From a virus: a DNA stretch of 43,920 bases. The DNA is taken from IMG/VR virus record IMGVR_UViG_3300031669_000066, positions 1-43,920 of that record. One strand, 5' to 3'. A program made the translations under genes and the position numbers. The notes below the pieces were generated by a model. That model did no database searches, was not told the origin of the DNA, and worked only from the letters and a program-made list of their open reading frames with translations. Each line of letters opens with the position of its first letter. Positions within the stretch are counted from its first letter, which is position 1. Below are positions 1-6,704 of this stretch, piece after piece.

Positions 1-79
1 GCAATGCTTTGCACATTCCGAAGTATGTTGCATTCGCCAAAATTGCAGGCTTCCCGTCAAGCGTTTCTTCGGCCCATAT
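1..79. repeat. 79-bp terminal direct repeat identical to 43842..43920 (circular assembly overlap)
   Basis: Read directly: gcaatgctttgcacattccg...ttcggcccatat occurs at both window ends; a coding ORF reads through the junction. Confidence 0.9.
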
Positions 80-136
80 CTCGATCACCTCGGCCATCTT
101 GTCTTTTACTTTTTGCGATATTTCCATGTCGTTCAT
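1..136 (-). CDS. N-terminal part of a 59-aa ORF that crosses the window junction (continues 43841..43798)
   Basis: Manual minus-strand translation MNDMEISQKVKDKMAEVIEIWAEETLDGKPAILANATYFGMCKALQDKTDEINEKFQGA. Its ATG (136..134) overlaps the TGA of the 136..732 gene (ATGA). Absent from the ORF track because it is split by linearisation. Confidence 0.5.
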   Translation of the reverse strand, partial: MNDMEISQKVKDKMAEVIEIWAEETLDGKPAILANATYFGMCKAL

Positions 137-732
137 CACCCCACCCCCAACAATTTGGTAATCGCATCGAACGCTTGCTGTGCATCTTCTTCTGTGAGCC
201 AAACCCTCCCAAATTTGAGTGAATTTTCATCCAGTTTAGACCCTACCCACGCCTCGTTATACACCCCGTAAGGACTAATCGACCAGTATTTTGATCGAAT
301 TCCCGGCGCAACCCTCTCCGGCGCTGGCACTTCAACGTCGCCAATCTTGATGGTGCGGGGCTTTAATCTAACAATGCTATTGCTACCAATCGCAGTAAGT
401 GGCTTTTGGCAATCGCGCCAACCTGTGTCCGTTTGATACTCCCACGGCCCCTGATGACCATCTGCGATCATGTGCAGGACTTCTGATGCTTTGTGTGGTT
501 TCATTTCGTTCTCCTGTGGGCGTGGGGTTGATTGAGCTAAATGAAGTTTCTTAATATCCTCATACTCATATAAGCACCAACCATCAGCGTCTGATCTGTC
601 ATCTCTCGGATTAAACCAATATAGATTGTCACCACTCTGTCTTAGCCAAGGGCTAGTCGCTGCCCAGATACTGCAATAATGCGTCGCCCCATCAGGGGCT
701 TTTGACCAGTCGGGTTTGTTCTTATGCATCAT
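136..732 (-). CDS. Hypothetical early protein (198 aa, Trp-rich)
   Basis: Long ORF in a chain of start/stop-overlapping minus-strand genes; no motif recognised. Confidence 0.7.
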   Translation of the reverse strand: MMHKNKPDWSKAPDGATHYCSIWAATSPWLRQSGDNLYWFNPRDDRSDADGWCLYEYEDIKKLHLAQSTPRPQENEMKPHKASEVLHMIADGHQGPWEYQTDTGWRDCQKPLTAIGSNSIVRLKPRTIKIGDVEVPAPERVAPGIRSKYWSISPYGVYNEAWVGSKLDENSLKFGRVWLTEEDAQQAFDAITKLLGVG

Positions 733-923
733 CGTTCTCCCCCTTCTTCAGTATTCTCTTCCGGCCATTCAATGTAGTCAGGATCGCGCTGGTCTGGATG
801 ACGTAATCGCTGCGCCATTCTTCGCCGTTCCCAGCTCCTTTCAGCGAGCAATTCCGCTCTTTCGGAGTCCTCGAAAGGTTCGCAGTTGCCCTCTTTCCAA
901 TAATCTTGTGAAGTCATACTCAC
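729..923 (-). CDS. Hypothetical small acidic protein (64 aa)
   Basis: 4-nt overlaps with both neighbours (732/729 and 923/920). Confidence 0.55.
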   Translation of the reverse strand: MSMTSQDYWKEGNCEPFEDSERAELLAERSWERRRMAQRLRHPDQRDPDYIEWPEENTEEGGER

Positions 924-1444
924 ACCTCCAGTTCAGTTTCAGGTAAATCATATTCCGCAAGAACCTCTTGCAACTTCTTCTCATAGGCCGCTGCGGCTTC
1001 TTCCGGCGTGTCATGCAGTCCAAGGTAGATTTGCACGCCTCTGCTGCTGAACTTTGCTTGCCACCGCCCAGCACCTTTGTGGAAACTCACACCACGGAAG
1101 CCGGAAGTGTTGTCGGTTCGGAGACGTGCTGACCACTGTGGGGAAGCATAATCCACCGTTGCAAGGTTGATTCTGCGCATGTCAAGGTGATTGCCATTGC
1201 GGAAGACTACGCAATTCCCTGCAGGGATTGTGCCTACGATCTGACGGTGAAGGTAGACAAAAGCCGTGCCAGGCCGGGCTTCGAGTTCTGCTCTCTTACG
1301 ACGACGGGTTACGAAGCCGTTGCTGTTGACGTACCAGCGCCAGCGGGAGTAGTGAGTTGAGTCTTCAAGGTCAAGGAGGATCTTCACAAGGCCATTGGAC
1401 TGGTCTGGACAGGTGAAGCAGGTTGCGAAAATGTATGGCTGCAT
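920..1444 (-). CDS. HNH homing-type endonuclease with C-terminal AP2 DNA-binding domain
   Basis: HNH_3-like YLHRQIVG...FRNGNHLDMRRINL. AP2-like SGFRGVSFHKGAGRWQAKFSSRGVQIYLGLHDTPEEAAAAYE. Confidence 0.8.
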   Translation of the reverse strand: MQPYIFATCFTCPDQSNGLVKILLDLEDSTHYSRWRWYVNSNGFVTRRRKRAELEARPGTAFVYLHRQIVGTIPAGNCVVFRNGNHLDMRRINLATVDYASPQWSARLRTDNTSGFRGVSFHKGAGRWQAKFSSRGVQIYLGLHDTPEEAAAAYEKKLQEVLAEYDLPETELEV

Positions 1445-1683
1445 TATGAAGCTTCTCCAGAATGTGGAAGGAAGAACCGTTCGAGGTTATCGGACTTGCG
1501 GCGGGTTTTGATGATCCTGCCCTCCTTCCAGAGCTTTCGCAAGAGAGCGCCGACACCTGCCTCGTGGACGCCAAGGACAGTTGCTACCTCTGACCGCAGC
1601 AGGGGGTTGGGGGAGGCGGCGAGTACCACGATTATGTCCGCTTCAGTGTAGGAAGGCCTGTAACTGGGAAGGTCTGTGGTCAT
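1444..1683 (-). CDS. Small winged-helix (MarR/PadR-like) DNA-binding protein
   Basis: 79 aa; SEVATVLGVHEAGVGALLRKLWKEGRIIKTRRK resembles a helix-turn-helix plus wing; 1-nt overlap with downstream HNH gene. Confidence 0.5.
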   Translation of the reverse strand: MTTDLPSYRPSYTEADIIVVLAASPNPLLRSEVATVLGVHEAGVGALLRKLWKEGRIIKTRRKSDNLERFFLPHSGEAS

Positions 1684-1685
1684 TT

Positions 1686-2330
1686 TTAAAGCTTCTCCGT
1701 GGTGGCAGTCGCGGCAATCCGAAGCAGCAAATCCCTGAATTCTGGTGGCGTATGTATCCTTGGGCTGCTATCCGTGCCGCCACCCTTAAATGACATAAGC
1801 CCCATCTTTCGGCATTTAGCGTTCCCGTACCTTTCCATGGCCCAAACAGGGAAATCCTCGTCTTTTACTTTGTACGCGCCCCACTTCAACTCTGGGAGTT
1901 CACACGCAACCGCGTAAAGCCAGGTAGGTTTAGGGCAGTAGTGGCCGTACCTCCCTTGCTCAACGCAGCATGTCCACCCGCCGAATTCGTCGGCTTTTAC
2001 CCACCCGCCGTTGCGCGGTGGCTTAGTTAACCCAAAGTGATCCCATGCGTGACTACCCATAGGATGCTCCAGCACCCCGCCATGCGCGCGAACCGCCGCG
2101 AGCCCAGCTTCAAAACACCCACCGTCGTCGCCTTTCTTTTTCCTTACTCCTGTTCTAGCTATTACGCTAGGGCTTCCCGCCCACATCTTCCCCCACCTCT
2201 GGCACGGCGGGTGCGCTATTACTGGGTGCGGCCCGGAGTATCGCCTGGCGTCCTTCACTTCGTCCCATGGCTCCACGCCGTCCAGTCCAAAATAAGCGCC
2301 ATCGGTTTCAACATACAGTGCAGCAATCAT
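1686..2330 (-). CDS. C5-cytosine-methyltransferase-like protein (PPCQ motif), function uncertain
   Basis: AHPPCQRWG (motif IV-like), VLEHP (ENV-like), QGRYG (motif VIII-like), RIHTPPEFRDLL (motif IX/X-like). No recognisable FxGxG SAM motif or target-recognition domain; only 214 aa. Confidence 0.45.
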   Translation of the reverse strand: MIAALYVETDGAYFGLDGVEPWDEVKDARRYSGPHPVIAHPPCQRWGKMWAGSPSVIARTGVRKKKGDDGGCFEAGLAAVRAHGGVLEHPMGSHAWDHFGLTKPPRNGGWVKADEFGGWTCCVEQGRYGHYCPKPTWLYAVACELPELKWGAYKVKDEDFPVWAMERYGNAKCRKMGLMSFKGGGTDSSPRIHTPPEFRDLLLRIAATATTEKL

Positions 2331-2462
2331 TTTTCAGTCTCCTTCTTGGTTAAAAATCTGCATAACACGGCGGTCAACAGCGACCGCGCTGAAGCGCGGC
2401 GCGTTACCTTATGCGTTAGCGCGCCTCGGCTTGCGTTCTGCCGTAATGCGCTCGGTCATGGC

Positions 2463-2909
2463 TTATAACTGAATCTCCGTGTATTTCACGATGTCGTCAT
2501 CCAAATTTTCGTGCTTCCAGCCAAGCAAAAATTCTGCACGGCGTAGTCTTACCTCACCATCGCGCAACCGCACAAGCACAAAAACGCCATCATCTACGGG
2601 GCATTCACCGCCGTGCCACTCGACCCAATTTGGCCGTGTTGGGCCTTCGTAAAGTCGGCATTGTTTACAAGCACAATCGCATTTGAAGGCTAGTACATCG
2701 TCAGGGTTGTACCCAAGTAGCACGCGTCGTTTCCACTTCTGTGAATCATAATTCCGCGTTTCAACAGTTCGTCCGATCATCTTCGACCAGTCAATAGTGG
2801 GTTCTTGATGTTTCGCAGCTTTGGCCTTGAGTGCGTCAATCTCTCTCACGCACCACGAGTTCCAGGATTGCAGATTTTCGATCTGCTGTGTGAGTTCTGT
2901 TTTGTTCAT
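2463..2909 (-). CDS. Hypothetical protein (148 aa) with Cys cluster CDCACKQC
   Basis: Long ORF, SD-like AGGAGA upstream of ATG; N-terminal coiled-coil-like segment. Confidence 0.7.
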   Translation of the reverse strand: MNKTELTQQIENLQSWNSWCVREIDALKAKAAKHQEPTIDWSKMIGRTVETRNYDSQKWKRRVLLGYNPDDVLAFKCDCACKQCRLYEGPTRPNWVEWHGGECPVDDGVFVLVRLRDGEVRLRRAEFLLGWKHENLDDDIVKYTEIQL

Positions 2910-3000
2910 ATCATTCTCCTGTTTAGGGCGTGGGATTGCACTAGCGACGCGTTTGCGTCTTCAGTTCTCGGTTAAAATCAATTCATTCTCGACGTTTTCT

Positions 3001-3030
3001 ATCCTATATCGCACCACGTGCAGTTTGCAA
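3001..3030 (-). promoter_or_regulatory. Candidate sigma70-type promoter TTGCAA-N18-TAGGAT for the 2463..2909 transcription unit
   Basis: Minus strand -35 at 3030..3025, -10 at 3006..3001, about 90 nt upstream of the ATG at 2909. Confidence 0.3.
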
Positions 3031-3078
3031 GGGGTATTGATGCAGTTATAAGGGGCGCGCGAGGTGGGGGATGGGGGG

Positions 3079-3118
3079 TTATTTGCGTGTGTTACTCCGG
3101 AGTAATACAGGCTAATAA
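3079..3118. repeat. Palindrome family copy 1 (core TTACTCCGGAGTAA 3092..3105)
   Basis: ttatttgcgtgtgttactcc|ggagtaatacaggctaataa; 17 of 20 arm positions complementary; intergenic. Confidence 0.95.
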
Positions 3119-3277
3119 TCATTGCCTCCGCCCCCATCCTACCAACCAGCCGGCCACAGCAGATTAAAGGCTCCGCCTACTGGAGATCGTTGCGTTAGTA
3201 TAACCATGCCAGACGTATTTGTCAAGAGGCCCACGCACAGTTTTCAGCCTCAACCGCCATCTCTGACCGCTATCCCC

Positions 3278-3303
3278 AACCGCCACTGCCAACCGCCACT
3301 GCC
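3278..3303. repeat. Tandem 13-bp direct repeat aaccgccactgcc x2, plus ctgaccgctat x2 at 3263 and 3315
   Basis: Read directly in the ORF-free segment. Confidence 0.8.
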
Positions 3304-3382
3304 AATCGCTATCACTGACCGCTATTACCAGTACCTGTTGGCAGTCTCCGGTACTGTTAGTTCTTACTTAAGGGGCAGTTCA

Positions 3383-3419
3383 TGGTGGGCATTGTGGCGC
3401 GTGGTGGGGCATTGGCGCG
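3383..3419. repeat. Imperfect 18-19 bp direct repeat (tggtgggcattgtggcgcg / tggtggggcattggcgcg)
   Basis: Read directly; followed by the G-rich stretch ggagggtagggtggtgg, which recurs at 5229..5250. Confidence 0.7.
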
Positions 3420-3615
3420 CATGGTGGAGGGTAGGGTGGTGGACACAGGATAGCGTGGGTTAGCGCGTGTTTGGTGGTGTTTTGCGGTATGGTATGGTGT
3501 AGATTGGCCGCGTGTAGTGCCGCGTGTGGGGTTTAATTCCGTCGGGAATAGTAGGGTGAGGAGAGAGGAGAAAACCGCTCAAAACGGATTATAGGGGGTT
3601 TGGTGTGATTGGAGA

Positions 3616-3655
3616 TTATTTGCCCGTATTACTCGGGAGTAATGCACGCAAATTA
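3616..3655. repeat. Palindrome family copy 2 (core TTACTCGGGAGTAA 3629..3642)
   Basis: ttatttgcccgtattactcg|ggagtaatgcacgcaaatta; lies 16 nt beyond the T-run of the 3673..3703 terminator. Confidence 0.95.
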
Positions 3656-3672
3656 CCAAACCCCCATCAGCG

Positions 3673-3703
3673 AAAAAACCCCGCACAATAGCGGGGCTGT
3701 TTT
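3673..3703 (-). terminator. Rho-independent terminator after the 3728..4318 gene
   Basis: Minus strand CCCCGC-tattgt-GCGGGG followed by TTTTTT; 25 nt after the stop codon. Confidence 0.75.
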
Positions 3704-3727
3704 GGGGTGCTCCCCCTCACGGGCGGT

Positions 3728-4318
3728 TTATTCAAGATCGTCAAGCTCCCCGAGCAATTCCGCGCCGGTATCATCCGCACCTTTACTCATGAGCCGCGCA
3801 ATAATTGTGGCAATCTCGGGCACCTTCCGCAATGCCGCGCGTTGCTCCTTGGTTTTGCTCTCCACGAAAATACGGGTTTTCTCCTCGGGCAGGTTTTTGA
3901 GTTCGGCCAATGCCATGATGAGATAGTCATCCGCCGTGATTTTAGCGGATGCGCGGCTCTTGTTGTCCCAGCTCGGTTCCGTGGGATTCGTGAGTCGCTC
4001 AAAAATTGCCAGGACGGCATTGTATTTGTCCTCCACGGATGCGCTTTTTCCCGTGGTTTTATCCCGTGGGATTGCGGCACCGTCCTGCAATTTGGCGCGT
4101 AGGCGATCTATCATGGCGTATTGCCGAATACCGGGATCGAGTTTGTCCGAATCCAGTACGATGGTTTTACCATTGGCGAAATTGAGGGTTAGGATGCCCC
4201 CCTCAATATTGGTCTCCACGTCTTTTTTTGGGGTAGCTGGCGCGGTAGTGGTCATGGTAGCGGCCTCGTTGGTTTTTGTGGTTGGTTTGGTTGCGGTAGT
4301 TTTCGCGGTAGTGGTCAT
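3728..4318 (-). CDS. Hypothetical protein (196 aa), paralog of 41483..42082; Thr/Ala-rich N-terminus, acidic C-terminal tail
   Basis: Aligns by eye with the 41483..42082 product (GGILTLNFANGKT / GGITLRLDFVNGET; RAALRKVPEIATIIARL / KLALRGAPGISAIISRI; DDTGAELLGELDD / VDTAALLGELE). Confidence 0.75.
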   Translation of the reverse strand: MTTTAKTTATKPTTKTNEAATMTTTAPATPKKDVETNIEGGILTLNFANGKTIVLDSDKLDPGIRQYAMIDRLRAKLQDGAAIPRDKTTGKSASVEDKYNAVLAIFERLTNPTEPSWDNKSRASAKITADDYLIMALAELKNLPEEKTRIFVESKTKEQRAALRKVPEIATIIARLMSKGADDTGAELLGELDDLE

Positions 4319-4335
4319 GGTAATAGCCTCTCAGG

Positions 4336-4518
4336 TTAATTCGTGCGATCACGGGTAAAAAATCGGATTGCGTACACAATGCCCACGCAAAACAGGCCGA
4401 TAATGGTTAATAGGGCGATAAATTGCAGTGTGGGATCGTCGTCGCTCATGCCTCCTATTAGGATGGTTGCAATGGATAGAATGATGAGGGAGTTTTGCGT
4501 CCGTGGGGTTAGGTTCAT
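4336..4518 (-). CDS. Small membrane protein (60 aa, two hydrophobic helices)
   Basis: LIILSIATILIGG and FIALLTIIGLFCVGIVYAI; SD GAGGAGG 8 nt upstream of the ATG, embedded in the end of the upstream gene. Confidence 0.6.
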   Translation of the reverse strand: MNLTPRTQNSLIILSIATILIGGMSDDDPTLQFIALLTIIGLFCVGIVYAIRFFTRDRTN

Positions 4519-4739
4519 TTTGCAGCCTCCTCTTTGGGCACCTCATATACCCTCAACATAAACGTATCTAGGTTAAAATTCGGATAGTTTCGCTCAAATT
4601 CCACGGCCAATAAATAGGCGTCTTCCCGAATTGTGCGCGCGATTAGGACGTTATCCCTCCCCGCGTATTTGTGGAAATTGTGAGCGCGTTTACTCAATGC
4701 TCGCGCGATCAGCTCAAAATCTTTTTTGCTCATGCTCAT
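4515..4739 (-). CDS. Hypothetical protein (74 aa from MSMSKKDF...)
   Basis: Track ORF 4515..4775. The ATG at 4739 has GAGGAGG 8 nt upstream and an ATGA overlap with the 40-aa ORF, so the start is trimmed. Confidence 0.6.
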   Translation of the reverse strand: MSMSKKDFELIARALSKRAHNFHKYAGRDNVLIARTIREDAYLLAVEFERNYPNFNLDTFMLRVYEVPKEEAAK

Positions 4740-4858
4740 TGTGCAGCCTCCTCTTCCCGTATCAACACAACCCATTGATCATGGAATTGATCATCCGTGA
4801 TAACGCCCATGCGCCACTTCCAAACCAAATCGTCATAACGATCAGCGAAACTATTCAT
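4736..4858 (-). CDS. First leftward gene, 40-aa ORF (MNSFADRYDDLVWKWRMGVITDDQFHDQWVVLIREEEAAQ)
   Basis: Manual translation; below the ORF-track size cut-off. SD GAGGGGG upstream; about 45 nt downstream of the predicted transcription start of the 4911..4938 promoter. Confidence 0.45.
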   Translation of the reverse strand: MNSFADRYDDLVWKWRMGVITDDQFHDQWVVLIREEEAAQ

Positions 4859-4910
4859 CTATATGCCCCCTCATTATGCTCAGGCCGTATGCCGTTGCTC
4901 TATGGTTCCC

Positions 4911-4938
4911 ATTGTATCGGGCTGCATCATCATGTCAA
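4911..4938 (-). promoter_or_regulatory. Strong sigma70-type leftward early promoter TTGACA-N16-TACAAT
   Basis: Minus strand ggggTTGACAtgatgatgcagcccgaTACAATggg; -35 at 4938..4933, -10 at 4916..4911. Confidence 0.7.
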
Positions 4939-5223
4939 CCCCGCACGTTGAAAATAATCAAAATAGTTTGTCGCAAAAATACCACACCAGCTCCTCACAT
5001 TGGCACACCTCATGCAATAGCACAGACTGAACCAAAAACCCCATTTTGCGCGTATGGCACGAACGCAGCCTCCTCAATGCAATGGTAGTGGGTACCATCT
5101 AAAACATCGTAAATGGACGTAGAACGCGAATAAACGCAATCGTAAATTGGCACAGTCTGTGCATAGCAATAATAGCCACCATGCACGAAGCGCGCCATGT
5201 CAAAAACCGTGCCAACCAGGATG

Positions 5224-5259
5224 CGTGCGAGGGTAGGTGCGAGGGTGGGTGCGAATGTG
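5224..5259. repeat. Three tandem about 12-bp units (gcgtgcgagggta / ggtgcgagggtg / ggtgcgaatgtg)
   Basis: Read directly; GGTGCGA recurs at 5483. Confidence 0.8.
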
Positions 5260-5366
5260 CTTGCATTGCAGGAAAAAATCTACCACGCGCGCGCACGTTC
5301 CTTTCATTGCATCCGGTATGGACTCACTCGCGTGTGGTAGCAGGTGCAACCATGGGATGAGCGCGT

Positions 5367-5427
5367 GTGCATGGTGCATGGTGCATGGTGCACGTTGTCG
5401 GCTGCATGGTGCAATGGTGCAATGGTG
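5367..5427. repeat. Array of 7-8 bp tandem units GTGCATG x3, GTGCACG, then CTGCATG, GTGCAATG x2
   Basis: Read directly between the divergent promoters; iteron-like. Confidence 0.8.
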
Positions 5428-5553
5428 GCGCGCCCGTGTTCGCTGTCGTGTTCGTAGGGGTCGATGGATGCGTGCGCCCGTTGGTGCGATTGTTGGGAAT
5501 GCCTGCGGTGTGGTGGGGTAGGGGGGAAATTTGCTGCGCTGCGAAAATGGCTA

Positions 5554-5581
5554 TTGCACCCCGTCAGATTTTTTATAAAAT
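5554..5581 (+). promoter_or_regulatory. Candidate sigma70-type rightward promoter TTGCAC-N16-TAAAAT
   Basis: ctaTTGCACcccgtcagattttttaTAAAATttc; about 270 nt upstream of the first plus-arm gene. Confidence 0.5.
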
Positions 5582-5722
5582 TTCTCAACCCTCTCCTAGA
5601 CTGAGCTCTTTGGTTTCTCCTACCTGCTCTTGATTGCTGAGAAGGTCTGGTACTTTTTTCAGTTATTTTTTGCTGCTGCTTAAGGGGGTGAGTAATGGAC
5701 GTGGAAAGGGTAGGCAGAGGGA

Positions 5723-5762
5723 TTATTTGCCTGCATTACTCCAGAGTAATACGAGCACGAAA
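5723..5762. repeat. Palindrome family copy 3 (core TTACTCCAGAGTAA 5736..5749), in the leader of the plus arm
   Basis: ttatttgcctgcattactcc|agagtaatacgagcacgaaa; right outer arm degenerate; 89 nt upstream of the ATG at 5854. Confidence 0.95.
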
Positions 5763-5853
5763 CCATCCTTGCGAACTGCCTCCTAGCCCCTTCCCTTCCC
5801 CCTTTTGATCTGTTATCTTCTTCCTATTAGCAATAGAAACCAGAGGCACTGCC

Positions 5854-6210
5854 ATGACCACACCTACTGTAAGCAGCAACAAAGGGCCAAAGCTCAACTA
5901 CACGCATGATGCGATGATTGACTTGATCCTGCAAGAACCTACTGTAACGGCAGAGGAGCTTGCACAGGTCTTCGGGTACAGTGCAGGTTGGGTTTCTCGA
6001 ATCCTGGCCTCTGACAGTTTCAGCGCACGGCTCGCACAGCGCCGACACCAGGTTATTGATCCTCTTATCGCACAGAGTGTGAATGAGCGGGTAGCTGGTA
6101 TTACCATTCGCAGCCTGGACATTATCAACAATGTGCTGGAGAAGGAGCAGGGGGCCGCATACGCTCTTGATGCCCTTACGATTGCATCTAAAGTTGCGAG
6201 CAGCATGTAA
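5854..6210 (+). CDS. HTH DNA-binding protein, small-terminase candidate (paralog A)
   Basis: TAEELAQVFGYSAGWVSRILAS HTH-like; paralogous to 6210..6704; heads the packaging operon. Confidence 0.6.
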   Translation: MTTPTVSSNKGPKLNYTHDAMIDLILQEPTVTAEELAQVFGYSAGWVSRILASDSFSARLAQRRHQVIDPLIAQSVNERVAGITIRSLDIINNVLEKEQGAAYALDALTIASKVASSM

Positions 6211-6704
6211 TGGGTGGTGATTCCGCTAACTTGCCAGTACCCTTGTACACCCCTGATACAATGGTGCAGCTGATTCTCGCTAATCCCTCTTGGGGCAAGG
6301 CACAACTCGCTAAGTACTTTGGCAAGCCTGAAGGTTGGTTCTCCTCTGTGCTGGCTTCGGAGCGCTTCCAGCAAGCTCTTGATCCCTACAGAGCTAACTT
6401 ACCTGATCCCTCTCTTACCGCAACAATGGAAGAGCGGGTGAAGGCAATGGCGATTCGAAGTATGGATGTGCTCTTGAATAAGATGGATTCTAAGGAAGCT
6501 TCAGACCTGCTCGTACTGAAGGCGGCAGAACTCGGTATCAAGGGTCTTGGCATGGGGCAGATTGAAAGGACTAAGCCCCCTGAAGCCCCTACTGGCACCG
6601 TAGAGACACTTGCAGAGAGATTAATAGCTGCGCTGGAACGGCAGCGTATTAATGCACTTCGTTCTGAGCCTATTGATATAACTCCGAAGGAGCAACTCCA
6701 ATGA
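6210..6704 (+). CDS. HTH DNA-binding protein, small-terminase candidate (paralog B)
   Basis: Aligns with paralog A over about 100 aa (MVQLILANP / MIDLILQEP; GWFSSVLASERF / GWVSRILASDSF; ERVKAMAIRSMDVLLN / ERVAGITIRSLDIINN); ATGA-type overlap. Confidence 0.6.
   Translation: MGGDSANLPVPLYTPDTMVQLILANPSWGKAQLAKYFGKPEGWFSSVLASERFQQALDPYRANLPDPSLTATMEERVKAMAIRSMDVLLNKMDSKEASDLLVLKAAELGIKGLGMGQIERTKPPEAPTGTVETLAERLIAALERQRINALRSEPIDITPKEQLQ

Noticed and set aside
3122-3463. 113-aa plus-strand ORF (TTG start) in the 2910..3727 non-coding segment
   Set aside because: It has a Pro- and Trp-rich nonsense-like composition driven by the strand-skewed repeats, a non-ATG start without an SD, and it opposes the local transcription direction.
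4518-5076. Recurrent GAGGAGGCTGC string (about 4527, 4747 and 5066 on the minus strand) as a regulatory repeat
   Set aside because: Two occurrences are simply strong SD sequences 8 nt upstream of ATGs, embedded in the preceding genes. The third has no usable start codon. It is most simply SD reuse or chance.
5010-5198. 62-aa minus-strand ORF upstream of the leftward promoter
   Set aside because: It lies upstream of, not downstream of, the strong 4911..4938 promoter, and I could find no promoter or SD for it. It may still be real (Cys/Tyr/His-rich), but it is unsupported.
5367-5427. CRISPR-like array
   Set aside because: The units are 7-8 bp and directly abutting, with no spacers. This is a simple tandem or iteron-type repeat, not a CRISPR array.
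5237-5588. ORFs 5237..5521 (+), 5367..5633 (+) and 5304..5588 (-) in the control region
   Set aside because: Their sequences are dictated by the GTGCATG and GGTGCGA tandem repeats (runs of His/Cys/Arg/Val/Trp). They overlap one another in several frames and none has a convincing ribosome-binding site.
5661-5698. Thirteenth palindrome copy
   Set aside because: It shares the left outer arm (cagttattt..gc) and the right half-core (GAGTAAT), but the left half-core is replaced (cttaagg). I treated it as a decayed relic and did not count it in the family.
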